Under the pieces are notes generated by a model, which was not told the DNA's origin, searched no databases, and was given only the letters and a program-made list of their open reading frames with translations. The position numbers and the translations under genes are program-made. Below, in pieces: positions 30,669-44,890 of a stretch of 64,000 nucleotides of DNA. The number at the start of each line of letters is the position of its first letter. The first letter of the stretch is position 1. Source of the DNA: Eledone cirrhosa (Eukaryota); NCBI GenBank assembly GCA_964016885.1, contig OZ024740.1, forward strand, positions 142,228,001-142,292,000, in the 5' to 3' direction.

Positions 30669-31283
30669 AAATAAAAATTGTATGAGTATGCAGGCGTGCT
30701 TTGATTTCTTTTACATATATATATAAATATAAATTCAGCGAGAATCGCATTTCGGCGGGTAGAAAAAGCGAAACGAAACGCAAATCAGAGTTATGCTGGC
30801 AAGCTCTCAATAGTTAAAAAAAACCAGAGCTAAACAATATGTTAAAACGCCATACAAACTGAAAAAGTAGTTAAGAAGGCATTAACCACCTAAGCCAAAA
30901 AACAAATCAAGCTAAACAGGTGAAACAAAATAAATGATAAAAATGATATATATATAGAGAGAGAGATATGATATAGAAAAATTATATATATATATATATA
31001 TATATAGCGGCGATGAATTAGTTTTGCGAGGTTTTTTATATGAAATCGTGTGTCGAAACAGATATTGTTATATTTGGGGAGGGTCATATTTGCGTAATAT
31101 TGCCAGAATTAATAACAGAACACACTCACTGTTTGGTTGGTTTTCGCTTCTCGCTGTCTTTTATATATATATATCTGCGATCTAACTTACTCGGTCCTCA
31201 ATGTTGCCATTGACTGACCGGCGGTCAAAAATAATACAGATACAATATAGACAAACACATATATATATAGTTTACATAATTTA

Positions 31284-31323
31284 CATAAATCTTTCGTTGC
31301 ACATCTGCAACATCGTCAGTGGT
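31284..31323 (-). ncRNA. Minimal hammerhead (inverted arm copy)
   Basis: Reverse complement of the 34021-34060 motif. Confidence 0.65.
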
Positions 31324-31596
31324 GTTATATTCATTGTTCCTCCTGTTGTGTTGTATGTCTACGCCATTTTTTTTTGTTCAGTCTGTATATATATTTATTT
31401 ATTTATTTGCTTGTTTGTTTATCTTATTTTATTTTGTCTTCTTTGCGCATGCGTTTGCGTGTGTGTATAGTGTTATGTGTGATGTGTGACTAGTGTGTAT
31501 AGTGTTGTGTCTGCTGGGTGACTAGTGTGTGTTTATGTGCTTGTGTATGTATTTATTTATCTTATTTTATTTATTTAATTTAATTTACTTATTTAT

Positions 31597-32565
31597 TTAT
31601 ACTTCTCTTAGGTCAGTGTTGTTTGTTTGGGTGTTGTTGTTGTTCCACTCATTCTTTCTGTTTAGCTTTGGTCTTCTAATTTCTATTTCACTGGCCTCTC
31701 TGATTTGCCTATCTGCTGGGTCATTCCTATGTTTAGATATTATTCTGATTTCTATGTTGTCTATGTTACCGTCATGTTGTTGTCTAGCATGTTCGTATAG
31801 TACTGACCCGTTTTTTCGTCCTTTTAGTTCCCCCCAGTGTTGGTCTATCCTTTCACCTATGCTACGAGCTGTCTCACCTATGTATGTTGTTGTCGTGTTT
31901 CTGCAAGTACCCTCTGTACATCTTATGCTATAGACTACGTTTCTAGTTTTACAGTTTATCCGGGGGTTCACCTTACATATGATACATTTCCTATTGGTAC
32001 AGTGGGTTTTCTTAAAAGGGTAGGTTTTGCTGATCAGGGATTTTATGGTGGTTCCTGGCTTTTCTACCACCTTTATTTTTAAGTGGGTCTTTCTCAGGGC
32101 CTTTCTACACTGGTTAGCTAATTTCCCTCCAGGGGTGGCGTCCACAAACATGACACTCTGATATCTCTGGTTGTCGTACCATGATGTGGCCTTCCCTATC
32201 TTATGTCTAGCCCTATCTAAGCTATTCCATGATTTGCTCCTGTATAGTGGGCAAATTCCTTTCATGTCCAGTTCTATGAGGGTCTTATACTTTTCCATGG
32301 CTCCTTCATATACTCTGACTCTGTCTCTTTGGTTGTAGCCAGAGAACTGCATGCGGTTGATGAAGTGTTGGATGTGTCCTTCCATTTCTGTTGGGTCGCA
32401 CATGCTGGACACATTCTTCATCACTCGTACCAAATCTGCGATCAGAATATTAAACTTAGCACTACTGGACATTGCTGAGTTTTTGAGTATCAGGTATTTG
32501 GAGGCCATGGGTTTAGCATAGTGTGAGTGGAGAATTTTGGCTCTCTCGTCTATAGTGTTAATCAT
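31597..32565 (-). pseudogene. Inverted copy of the PLE RT thumb plus GIY-YIG region
   Basis: Translation matches the C-terminal part of the 32577-33746 ORF apart from a K/Q difference. Confidence 0.92.
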
Positions 32566-32576
32566 GTACTCTCGTT

Positions 32577-33746
32577 ATGTACTCTCGTTATGTAGACGAT
32601 ATCAATATAGTTATAAGAACACCCCCACTAGAGAGCACTAACAAGTTTGATTTAGAACGTAGCACGATGGAAAGCATCCAGCAGATAGCTAATTCCATAC
32701 ACCAGAGTATAACTGTAACTATAGACTTCCCTTCCAAACACCCTAACAATAGACTACCTGTATTAGACACAGAACTCTGGATTAACACTATAGACGAGAG
32801 AGCCCAAATTCTCCACTCACACTATGCTAAACCCATGGCCTCCAAATACCTGATACTCAAAAACTCAGCAATGTCCAGTAGTGCTAAGTTTAATATTCTG
32901 ATCGCAGATTTGGTACGAGTGATGAAGAATGTGTCCAGCATGTGCGACCCAACAGAAATGGAAGGACACATCCAACACTTCATCAACCGCATGCAGTTCT
33001 CTGGCTACAACCAAAGAGACAGAGTCAGAGTATACGAAGGAGCCATGGAAAAGTATAAGACCCTCATAGAACTGGACATGAAAGGAATTTGCCCACTATA
33101 CAGGAGCAAATCATGGAATAGCTTAGATAGGGCTAGACATAAGATAGGGAAGGCCACATCATGGTACGACAACCAGAGATATCAGAGTGTCATGTTTGTG
33201 GACGCCACCCCTGGAGGGAAATTAGCTAACCAGTGTAGAAAGGCCCTGAGAAAGACCCACTTAAAAATAAAGGTGGTAGAAAAGCCAGGAACCACCATAA
33301 AATCCCTGATCAGCAAAACCTACCCTTTTAAGAAAACCCACTGTACCAATAGGAAATGTATCATATGTAAGGTGAACCCCCGGATAAACTGTAAAACTAG
33401 AAACGTAGTCTATAGCATAAGATGTACAGAGGGTACTTGCAGAAACACGACAACAACATACATAGGTGAGACAGCTCGTAGCATAGGTGAAAGGATAGAC
33501 CAACACTGGGGGGAACTAAAAGGACGAAAAAACGGGTCAGTACTATACGAACATGCTAGACAACAACATGACGGTAACATAGACAACATAGAAATTAGAA
33601 TAATATCTAAACATAGGAATGACCCAGCAGATAGGCAAATCAGAGAGGCCAGTGAAATAGAAATTAGAAGACCAAAGCTAAACAGAAAGAATGAGTGGAA
33701 CAACAACAACACCCAAACAAACAACACTGACCTAAGAGAAGTATAA
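32577..33746 (+). CDS. 5'-truncated PLE polyprotein (RT C-terminal half plus GIY-YIG endonuclease), uninterrupted
   Basis: YSRYVDD, LPVLDTELW, RMQFSGY, CxxC, NVVYSIRC...YIGETARS...R..H, RQIREA...PKLN. Start lies at the truncation junction, so probably not translated as such. Confidence 0.9.
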   Translation: MYSRYVDDINIVIRTPPLESTNKFDLERSTMESIQQIANSIHQSITVTIDFPSKHPNNRLPVLDTELWINTIDERAQILHSHYAKPMASKYLILKNSAMSSSAKFNILIADLVRVMKNVSSMCDPTEMEGHIQHFINRMQFSGYNQRDRVRVYEGAMEKYKTLIELDMKGICPLYRSKSWNSLDRARHKIGKATSWYDNQRYQSVMFVDATPGGKLANQCRKALRKTHLKIKVVEKPGTTIKSLISKTYPFKKTHCTNRKCIICKVNPRINCKTRNVVYSIRCTEGTCRNTTTTYIGETARSIGERIDQHWGELKGRKNGSVLYEHARQQHDGNIDNIEIRIISKHRNDPADRQIREASEIEIRRPKLNRKNEWNNNNTQTNNTDLREV

Positions 33747-34020
33747 ATAAATAAGTAAATTAAATTAAATAAATAAAATAAGATAAATAAATACATACAC
33801 AAGCACATAAACACACACTAGTCACCCAGCAGACACAACACTATACACACTAGTCACACATCACACATAACACTATACACACACGCAAACGCATGCGCAA
33901 AGAAGACAAAATAAAATAAGATAAACAAACAAGCAAATAAATAAATAAATATATAGACAGACTGAACAAAAAAAAAATGGCGTAGACATACAACACAACA
34001 GGAGGAACAATGAATATAAC

Positions 34021-34060
34021 ACCACTGACGATGTTGCAGATGTGCAACGAAAGATTTATG
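34021..34060 (+). ncRNA. Minimal type I hammerhead, weak stem I
   Basis: ca-CTGACGA-T-GTTGCA gatg TGCAAC-GAAA-gatt-TA-tg. Same position and layout as the 4691 and 22774 motifs. Confidence 0.65.
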
Positions 34061-34270
34061 TAAATTATGTAAACTATATATATATGTGTTTGTCTATATT
34101 GTATCTGTATTATTTTTGACCGCCGGTCAGTCAATGGCAACATTGAGGACCGAGTAAGTTAGATCGCAGATATATATATATAAAAGACAGTGAGAAGCGA
34201 AAACCAACCAAACAGTGAGTGTTTTCTGTTATTAATTCTGGCAATATTACGCAAATATGACCCTCCCCAA

Positions 34271-34365
<95 letters not shown>

Positions 34366-34401
34366 GAGAGGGGGGGGGGGGTATTCCGGGTACTGTTAGA
34401 G

Positions 34402-35163
34402 CAGTGGTTGTCAACGGTAGGCCCGGGGCAATTTTGAGTGGGCCCGGAGAAATTTCAGTGGGCCTGGAAATGTTTTCAGACTTTCTTGGAACTTAAGATC
34501 ACACAAAATGACAAACTTTTTTTAAGTTTGAATGTTCTGTGATAAAATCACATGACTTAAGTTGACCTGCATTATTTGGAGTGCAATAACGCAGATACCT
34601 GTGGTATTAATGGGGATAATGGAACGCGAGGGCCTTCTCGGCTGGCTTAATGTGGAAAAAATATTTCCAAACCTTTATGATCAAGCCTTTCCTTTTATTC
34701 TCTCTTTTCCTACAACGTGGCTTGTTGAATCTGGTTTTTCCACGCTAAATGATTTTTTTTTTTAAGTCCAAATCGACAGCCTTGTTGAAAGACATCAGCA
34801 GCAGTGCAGCCACTAGCACTGAGCATTTGAGCATTGTTAAAACGACCATTAAATTTTTTCTTATTTTTTATTGACTTTTTATCAAGAATTCGTGTTCGTG
34901 AAATTTAAATGCAGTCGGGATCATATGGGAGTAAGTGTTCCAGAATGCTCTTTGAGCACTGACCCTGGCAATTTCTAGGGAGTAAAGTGGGCCGGGAGAA
35001 CAACAAGATTGAGAAACACTAGTATATATATCATGTGGGGGTTATAGTCCGGAATAGTTTTTGAGCACTAGTTTACGCTTGTAAAATAAGTGGGCCCGAA
35101 CATTTTTCGGGATCTAAAAGTGGGACCGGGGGGGGGGGGGGTCAAAAAGGTTGAGAAACACTG
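34402..35163 (+). mobile_element. Internally deleted hAT (Charlie-type) DNA transposon
   Basis: TIRs CAGTGGTTGTCAAC / GTTGAGAAACACTG, perfect 8-bp TSD TGTTAGAG (34394-34401, 35164-35171), and dimerisation-domain remnant FPNL..AFPFILSFPTTWLVESGFS. Confidence 0.92.
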
Positions 35164-35854
35164 TGTTAGAGTTTCTTCAGTTCCAGCAAAGAATATTCCA
35201 GTTGTTTGAACAACGGAACAATCTGATCATGAAATTCACATGTAAAGTGGCTGAGAACTCCATAGACATGTATACCTCAAGCAAAATCAGTGTTACACAG
35301 GATGACATATTGAATTACAAGTACAGCCCATCCGGTGGGCTTCCAAACAGTCCCCGTCTACCTAATTTCACTCACAATGCTTGGGTCAACTTGAAGCTAT
35401 GTTAAATGACACTCGCCAAAGATAGCACGCAGTGGGATGAACCCAGTAGCTGATGATTGCGAACTGAACTTTTTAACAATTCGGCCATGATGTGTCCAAA
35501 CTCTATTTATTCCAACGAGCTAAACATGTACAACTGGTTTGATCAACTTCATAAATATTTTCTAGGGTGGAAATGACTTTCAATTTTTCCTTTATAATGC
35601 ATTTACAAACAATGTTTAAACCCCCAAAAATATAACTTTTACTAAAACTGAATGAAAAGCACAATTCTAATGTTTTATTAAATGCCCTTTTTTAAAACCT
35701 ACAAGTTTTTCTGTATTTATTTATTTATATTGATTTGCTTCATAATCTATATTGTTTATAGTTTAACATTCCGGGGAGCTAAAATGTTCTGTGTTTTTTA
35801 AATGTTGTTTAACATTCGATTCGTTTGCAATTTTGCAAACAAGCCTCAATTTTA

Positions 35855-35989
35855 TACCCATGCGAGGGTAACCACAGTAAGTGAGGTACTCAATACATTA
35901 GTAGGGTATATACATCAACAATTAATATAGAAATAGCTTCTACAGGACTAGAACTGTTTCATTCGAATGAAGCAGTTCTAGTCCTGTAG
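35855..35989 (-). mobile_element. Half-hammerhead fold-back fragment (divergent relative)
   Basis: Palindrome at 35940-35989. Minus strand reads att cg aat-GAAAC-agttcta-GTC-ctgtag, followed by GTATTGAGTAC. Confidence 0.5.
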
Positions 35990-36004
35990 CATATAGTTTC
36001 GGCC

Positions 36005-36155
36005 CTTTACGTTCTGGGTTCAAATCTCGCCCGGGTTAGCTTTGCCTTTAATACTTATGGGGTTTATAAAATAAAGTACTAGTAACTCACTGGGGTCGAT
36101 TTAATCGACTTTCCCCTCTCCCGAAATTGTTGGCCTTGTTCCTAAATCAGAAACC
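36005..36155 (+). mobile_element. SINE of a second family (other copies at ~14755-14865, 52700-53030(-), 60640-60840)
   Basis: GTTCAAATC B-box-like motif and CTTTGCCTTT...GGGGT..ATAAAATAAAGTAC...GGCCTTGT.CC.AAA..AGAAAC body. Confidence 0.65.
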
Positions 36156-36379
36156 ATTATTATTTTTTCATTAGTTAAATTTTCATTGCGTGTCTTCACA
36201 TGATGTCTAAACACACCTGTTTGTGCCTTGGGTATGTACAGTGTTTGATTTGATATTGTGTATTCTATTGTAATGTAAACACTCAAAGTAATATATGTTC
36301 AGTGTCTAGCTATATTATTATCTGCATTTAGTGTATATTTATAAGTTTGGGTGTTTTGGTTGTGTTTTTTCTGTGATTT

Positions 36380-37600
36380 TAGTCATTCTCGTGGCACCTA
36401 TTATTATAAAGATTGTTCCCTTTTTCAGTCTCAACATTCAGGTTATGTATTTTCCTGACCACTATAGTACAATAATGTATCTGTTTCTCTGATAAATACA
36501 TCATCATCTGTAGGGATTGATACCTAGATAAGGAGGTACTTCCATTTCTCTTAAATATTGACACTAATATCCGGCAGATTAGCCTTGATCTTCTCCTCCG
36601 AAGAGTAACATCTCCCAGACTATGGTAACTTTTAGTCTCAAACCTTCTCTGGCGTATATTTCTACCACTTCATTCTGTTGATATTTCCTGCGTATGAAAG
36701 CCTGTAAATGTATTCTCTCAAGCTTATATAGGTATTTCCTCATCTATACACATTCTGTAATTACTTAACGAATTCTGCCCTTTGATGACTACGTTTCAAT
36801 CGTCTCCTGTAATCTAGCTTCCGCCACTCTCAGTTTTGTGCCCTACGCTTGTTAGTCGGTGCTGCGATTTTCTGTCTATTTTCGCCCTATTCTGATTTCC
36901 TTTTTTGGTGAGTATTGGCCGTGTAAGTGCTTCTTTTAACATCAATTTAGCATAGCATTCAGTAGACTGATTTTTCGCTTAGTGTTCAACTTTTTTCCAA
37001 TTTCTGTTGTTTCTCATTTACTTTTGGAATTATTTATCATTTTAGTTCCAAGTTTGCTTGGGGGGGGATTAATTTTACTAGATATTTTTTAAGTTTTCTA
37101 ATCACATTTGTCTCTTACATCCCTGCATTCGTGGTAAATAGTTTTGTGTAACATAATATAAATGCAGTCATTATTTTTCTTTTTTTTTTCCAGTCTAGTC
37201 ATTCTAATTATATAAGCATCAGTTAAGTATTTTATAGCTATTAAGTATTACCGCGACATCTTGAGTATCACCTTACTTTTTGCTTTAAGTATTAGTATAA
37301 TGTTTCAATGGTGGGTGTTGTGCGCTGTCTGGCCCATAAATTTCTAAATAATTTGAAAGTTTGGGTTTGGTTAATTTTTCTTATCTATCCTGATATTAGT
37401 GTTATTAATTAATTTTCCGCTCTCCAAGGTGTCTCGGCCAATTTTCTAATCTTAATCGCATATTAATTCCTTTAGTACATCCGTATGCTATCTACAACAC
37501 TGTTTCTAGTTGTTTATCATTTACAGAATACAAATTGCTGTCTTCCTTTTTCAGAAAGGTGTTTGATTGACTTCTTCATCGGCATTACTACAATCAGATC
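36380..37600 (-). pseudogene. Possible highly degraded LINE RT remnant
   Basis: Only weak motif traces (e.g. PTDDDVFI resembling FADD) and purine-rich minus-strand bias. Confidence 0.25.
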
Positions 37601-38199
37601 ATTGGTATCCTAGTCTAGGTGTGATAAGAACGATGTGACACTGCGTTTCAATACACTTTATTACAAATACCAAAATGTATCTAGGTCAACATTTTAAATT
37701 ATATCGTGCGAAACCATTTTGCTGGTTTGAGAGCTGATGAGGGCGTAGATATGTGTGTGAACTTGTCTTGTACATAACTTTTCTTTATTTCCTTCTTCTA
37801 GTCACTTCTGTGTGCAGCACACTTTTCATTGTCCTCCTCCTCTTTCAGTCTTTTCTATATTTCATCTGATTGTCACCCATATTGTGGATTGTTTCTCTGT
37901 TGATCACTGGCTGCTGGTTTCTGCCTCTGAGGCATTTTCGCCCATTATTGTGTTTGACATCATTTAGCTGTTCTAACGGCTGTTCTTATTTTTATATGTA
38001 TTCAAATACATTCTTTCTTCGTCTCGATCAGATACAACATTGTTTTAATTTTAAATTATAATGTTGAAAAAAGCTATATTCTTTACACATATATATTCTT
38101 TATTATGGTTAAATGAGGAATCTTGTTATTCTGGAGTTTCGTCTATGTATTCAGAGAATCATCATACACGAAATATGTTGTTGTTATGCGTGTTGGACC

Positions 38200-38510
38200 T
38201 CAGTCTGTTCCGACGAAGAGTGTTCTAGTTGTTTGATCATAGAAACAGACTAGTTGTGAAATTAACGCGCAAGTGGCTAAGTATTTCCCACACAGGAAGT
38301 GCACCCAACATTTAGTTCTCAGAGAAATTGTGACAAGGAAATTGTCAGTGTAGTAAGGCTGAATAGACCTTTGAGTACAACTCATTTTTTTTAAAGCTGA
38401 GTGGACAGGAGCAATGGAAAATAAAATGTCTTGCTGAAGAACGCAATGCGCCGAGGGAATCTAACTCGTTACATTACGATCGTCAGTTGAACACCCTAAC
38501 CAATGAGACA
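38200..38510 (-). mobile_element. tRNA-derived SINE (degenerate)
   Basis: Reverse complement similarity to the 26200-26500 copy. Confidence 0.6.
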
Positions 38511-38674
38511 CATTCACAAAACGAAATATAAGGCATAAGATAAAATATCATCATGGCGGAGTAAAGAAATTAAATTTCTTTCCCAGTAATAGAAATGGCT
38601 TGATTAAAATAACGAATAAAAAGTAAATTCTTCCTTTCGCTCTCATAATTTATAATTGTGTGTATGTGGCGGTG

Positions 38675-38723
<49 letters not shown>

Positions 38724-38794
38724 GTAAGTGTGCGTATATAAGTATGTGCACATGTGCATTATGTGGGGGGAGCATATATGTATGTTCGTGTATA

Positions 38795-38935
<141 letters not shown>

Positions 38936-39015
38936 TACATAACTGATTATTAATGTGGATGTAAAACGCATGATGTAGCGATGGAGAAAAATTAGAGAAC
39001 AGCACAAAAATATAA

Positions 39016-42000
39016 ACCAACAGCACCACAGCCACCACCACCACCACAGCCACAACCACCACCACAGCCGCCACCACCACCACAGCTACCAACACCACCA
39101 CAGCCACCACCACCACCACAGCCGCCAAGACCACCACAGCCACAACCACCACCACAGCCACCACCACCACCACAGCCACCACCACCACCACAGCCACCAA
39201 CACCACCACAGCCACCACCACCACCACAGCCACCAATACCACCACAGCCGCCACCACCACCACAGCCACAACCACCACCAGAGCCACCACCACCACCACA
39301 GCCACCACCACCACCACAGCCGCCAACACCACCACAGCCACAACCACCACCACAGCCACCACCACCACCACAGCCACCACCACCACCACAGCCACCAACA
39401 CCACCACAGCCACCAACACCACCACAGCCACAACCACCACCACAGCCACCACCACCACCACAGCCACCAACACCACCACAGCCACCAACACCACCACAGC
39501 CACCAACACCACCACAGCCACCAACACCACCACAGCCACCACCACCACCACAGCCACCACCAGCACCACAGCCACCAACACCACCACAGCCACAACCACC
39601 ACCACAGCCACCACCACCACCACAGCCACCAACACCACCACAGCCACCAACACCACCACAGCCACCAACACCACCACAGCCACAACCACCACCACAGCCA
39701 CCACCACCACCACAGCCACCAACACCACCACAGCCACCAACACCACCACAGCCACCAACACCACCACAGCCACCAACACCACCACAGCCACCACCACCAC
39801 CACAGCCACAACCACCACCACAGCCACCACCACCACCACAGCCACCAACACCACCACAGCCACCAACACCACCACGGCCACCAACACCACCACAGCCACC
39901 ACCACCACCACAGCCACCACCACCACCACAGCCACCAACACCACCACAGCCACCACCACCACCACAGCCACCAACACCACCACAGCCACCAACACCACCA
40001 CAGCCACCACCACCACCACAGCCACCAACACCACCACAGCCACCACCACCACCACAGCCACCAACACCACCACAGCCACCAACACCACCACAGCCACCAC
40101 CACCACCACAGCCACCAACACCACCACAGCCACCACCACCACCACAGCCACCAACACCACCACAGCCACCACCACCACCACAGCCACCAACACCACCACA
40201 GCCACCACCACCACCACAGCCACTAACACCACCACAGCCACCACCACCACCACAGCCACCAACACCACCATAGCCACCAACACCACCACAGCCACCACCA
40301 CCACCACAGCCACAACCACCACCACAGCCACCACCACCACCACAGCCACCAACACCACCACAGCCACCAACACCACCACAGCTACCAACACCACCACAGC
40401 CACCACCACCACCACAGCCACCAACACCACCACAGCCACCACCACCACCACAGCCACCAACACCACCACAGCCACCACCACCACCACAGCCACCAACACC
40501 ACCACAGCCACCACCACCACCACAGCCACCAACACCACCACAGCCACCAACACCACCACAGCCACCAACACCACCACAGCCACCAACACCACCACAGCCA
40601 CCAACACCACCACAGCCACAACCACCACCACAGCCACCACCACCACCACCACCACAGCCACCAACACCACCACAGCCACAACCACCACCACAGCCACCAC
40701 CACCACCACCACCACCACAGCCACCAACACCACCACAGCCACAACCACCACCACAGCCACCACCACCACCACCACCATAGCCACCACCACCACCACAGCC
40801 ACCAACACCACCACAGCCACAACCACCACCACAACCACCACCACAGCCACCACCACCACCACAGCCACCAACACCCCCACAGCCACCACCACCACCACAG
40901 CCACCCCCACCACCACAGCCACCAACACCACCACAGCCACCAACACCACCGCAGCCACCAACACCACCACAGCCACCACCACCACCACAGCCACCAACAC
41001 CACCACAGCCACCAACACCACCGCAGCCACCAACACCCCCACAGCCACCACCACCACCACAGCCACCCCCACCACCACAGCCACCAACACCACCACAGCC
41101 ACCAACACCACCGCAGCCACCAACACCACCACAGCCACCAACACCACCACAGCGACCAACACCACCACAGCCACAACCACCACCACAGCCACCACCACCA
41201 CCACAGCCACCAACACCACCACAGCCACCAACACCACCACAGCCACCACCACCACCACAGCCACCACCACCACCACAGCGACCAACACCACCACAGCCAC
41301 CAACACCACCACAGCCACCACCACCACCGCAGCCACAACCACCACCACAGCCACAACCACCACCACAGCCACCACCACCACCACAGCCACCAACACCACC
41401 ACAGCCACCAACACCACCACAGCCACCAACACCCCCACAGCCACCACCACCACCACAGCCACCACCACCACCACAGCCACCAACACCACCACAGCCACCA
41501 CCACCACCACAGACTACACCACCACCACAGCCACCACCACCACCACAGCCACAACCACCACCACAGCCACCACCACCACCACAGCCACCACCACCACCAC
41601 AGCCACCACCACCACCACAGCCACCAACCCCACCACAGCCACCAACACCACCACAGCCACCAACACCACCATAGCCACCACCACCACCACAGCCACCAAC
41701 ACCACCACAGCCACCACCACCACCACAGCCACCACCACCACCACAGCCACCACCACCACCACAGCCACAACCACCACCACAGCCACCACCACCACCACAG
41801 CCACCACCACCACCACAGCCACCCCCACCACCCATCCACCACCACCACCACAGCCACCACCACCACCACAACCACCCCACCATCACAGCCACCACCACCA
41901 CCACAGCCACCACCACCACCACAGCCACCACCACCACCACAGTCACCCCCACCACCACAGCCACCACCACCACCACAGCCACCAACACCACCACAGCCAC

Positions 42001-44673
42001 CAACACCACCACAGCCACCCCCACCACCACAGCCACAACCACCACCACAGCCACCACCACCACCACAGCCACCAACACCACCACAGCCACCAACACCACC
42101 ACAGCCACAACCACCACCACAGCCACAACCACCACCACAACCACCACCACCACCACAGCCACCAACACCACCACAGCCACCAACACCACCACAGCCACCA
42201 ACACCCCCACAGCCACCACCACCACCACAGCCACCACCACCACCACAGCCACCAACACCACCACAGCCACCACCACCACCACAGCCACCACCACCACCAC
42301 AGCCACCACCACCACCACAGCCACCACCACCACCACAGCCACCACCACCACCACAGCCACCACCACCACCACAGCCACCACCACCACCACAGCCACCCCC
42401 ACCACCCAGCCACCACGTCCACCACAGCCACCACCACCACCACAGCCACGCCCACCATCACAGCCACCACCACCACCACAGCCACCACCACCACCACAGC
42501 CACCACCGCCACCACAGTCACCCCCACCACCACAGCCACCACCACCACCACAGCCACCAACACCACCACAGCCAAACACCACCACAGCCACCACCACCAC
42601 CACAGCCACCACCACCACCACAGCCACAACCACCACCACAGCCACCACCACCACCACAGCCACCACCACCCCCACAGCCACCACCACCACCACCACAGCC
42701 ACCAACACCACCACAGCCACCACCACCACCACAGCCACCCCCACCACCCAGCCACCACCACCACCACAGCCACCCCCACCACAGCCACCACCACCACCAC
42801 AGCCACCACCACCACCACAGCCACAACCACCACCACAGCCACCACCACCACCACAGCCACCACCACCACCACAGCCACCACCACCACCACAGCCACCACC
42901 ACCCCCACAGCCACCACCACCACCACCACAGCCACCCCCACCATCACAGCCACCACCACCACCACAGCCACCACCACCACCACAGCCACCACCGCCACCA
43001 CAGTCACCCCCACCACCACAGCCACCACCACCACCACAGCCACCAACACCACCACAGCCAAACACCACCACAGCCACCACCACCACCACAGCCACCACCA
43101 CCACCACAGCCACAACCACCACCACAGCCACCACCACCACCACAGCCACCACCACCCCCACAGCCACCACCACCACCACCACAGCCACCAACACCACCAC
43201 AGCCACCACCACCACCACAGCCACCACCACCACCACAGCCACCACCACCACCACAGCCACCACCACCACCACAGCCACCAACACCACCACAGCCACCACC
43301 ACCACCACAGCCACCCCCACCACCACAGCCACCACCACCACCACCACAGCCACCAACACCACCACAGCCACCCCCACCACCACAACCACCACCACCACCA
43401 CAGCCACCAACACCACCACAGCCACCAACACCACCACAGCCACAACCACCACCACAGCCACAACCACCACCACAACCACCCCACCATCACAGCCACCACC
43501 ACCACCACAGCCACCACCACCCCCACAGCCACCACCACCACCACCACAGCCACCAACACCACCACAGCCACCACCACCACCACAGCCACCACCACCACCA
43601 CAGCCACCACCACCACCACAGCCACCACCACCACCACAGCCACCACCACCCCCACAGCCACCACCACCACCACCACAGCCACCAACACCACCACAGCCAC
43701 CACCACCACCACAGCCACCACCACCACCCAGCCACCACCACCACCACAGCCACCCCCACCATCACAGCCACCACCACCACCACAGCCACCACCACCACCA
43801 CAGCCACCACCGCCACCACAGTCACCCCCACCACCACAGCCACCACCACCACCACAGCCACCAACACCACCACAGCCAAACACCACCACAGCCACCACCA
43901 CCACCACAGCCACCACCACCACCACAGCCACACCCACCACCACAGCCACCACCACCACCACAACCACCACCACCACCACAGCCACCACCACCACCACAGC
44001 CACCAACACCACCACAGCCACCAACACCACCACAGCCACAACCACAACCACAGCCACCACCACCACCACAGCCACCAACACCACCACAGCCACAACCACC
44101 ACCACAGCCACCACCACCACCACAGCCACCACCACCACCACAGCCACCACCACCACCACAGCCACCAACACCACCACAGCCACCAACACCACCACAGCCA
44201 CAACCACAACCACAGCCACCACCACCACCACAGCCACCACCACCACCACAGCCACCACCACCACCACAGCCACCACCACCACCACAGCCACAACCACCAC
44301 CACAGCCACCACCACCACCACAGTCACCCCCACCACCACAGCCACCACCACCACCACAGCCACCAACACCACCACAGCCACCAACACCACCACAGCCACC
44401 CCCACCACCACAGCCACCACCACCACCACAGCCACCACCACCCCCACAGCCACCACCACCACATCCACCAACACCACCACAGCCACCACCACCACCACAG
44501 CCACCAACACCACCACAGCCACCAACACCACCACAGCCACCCCCACCACCACAGCCACCATCACCACCACAGCCACCACCACCCCCACAGCCACCACCAC
44601 CACAGCCACCAACACCACCACAGCCACCACCACCACCACAGCCACAACCACCACCACAGCCACCACCACCACC
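39016..44673. repeat. 5.6-kb minisatellite, 18-bp unit ACCACCACAGCCACC(AAC/ACC)
   Basis: Directly visible. Indels in the distal half shift frames. It is the source of the giant V/G/W ORFs. Confidence 0.97.
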
Positions 44674-44843
44674 ATGACGAACTTCAACAAAAACTACACC
44701 ATCACCACATCGCCTAACACTACCAACAACAATGCAGACACTACCTCCACCACGAACAACAACAAAAACAACAACAGCAGCAGCACTTTGCTACTAGCAC
44801 TTCTACAACAACCACCACTACTACTAGGACGACGACGACAAGG

Positions 44844-44890
<47 letters not shown>

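Larger units (their letters stand above)
31006..34277. mobile_element. Young Penelope-like insertion: 5'-truncated copy plus a ~1.5-kb inverted copy, in (TA)n
   Basis: ~31065-32563 mirrors 32780-34272 with few differences. Junction has a 13-bp tandem duplication (atgtactctcgtt). Confidence 0.95.
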
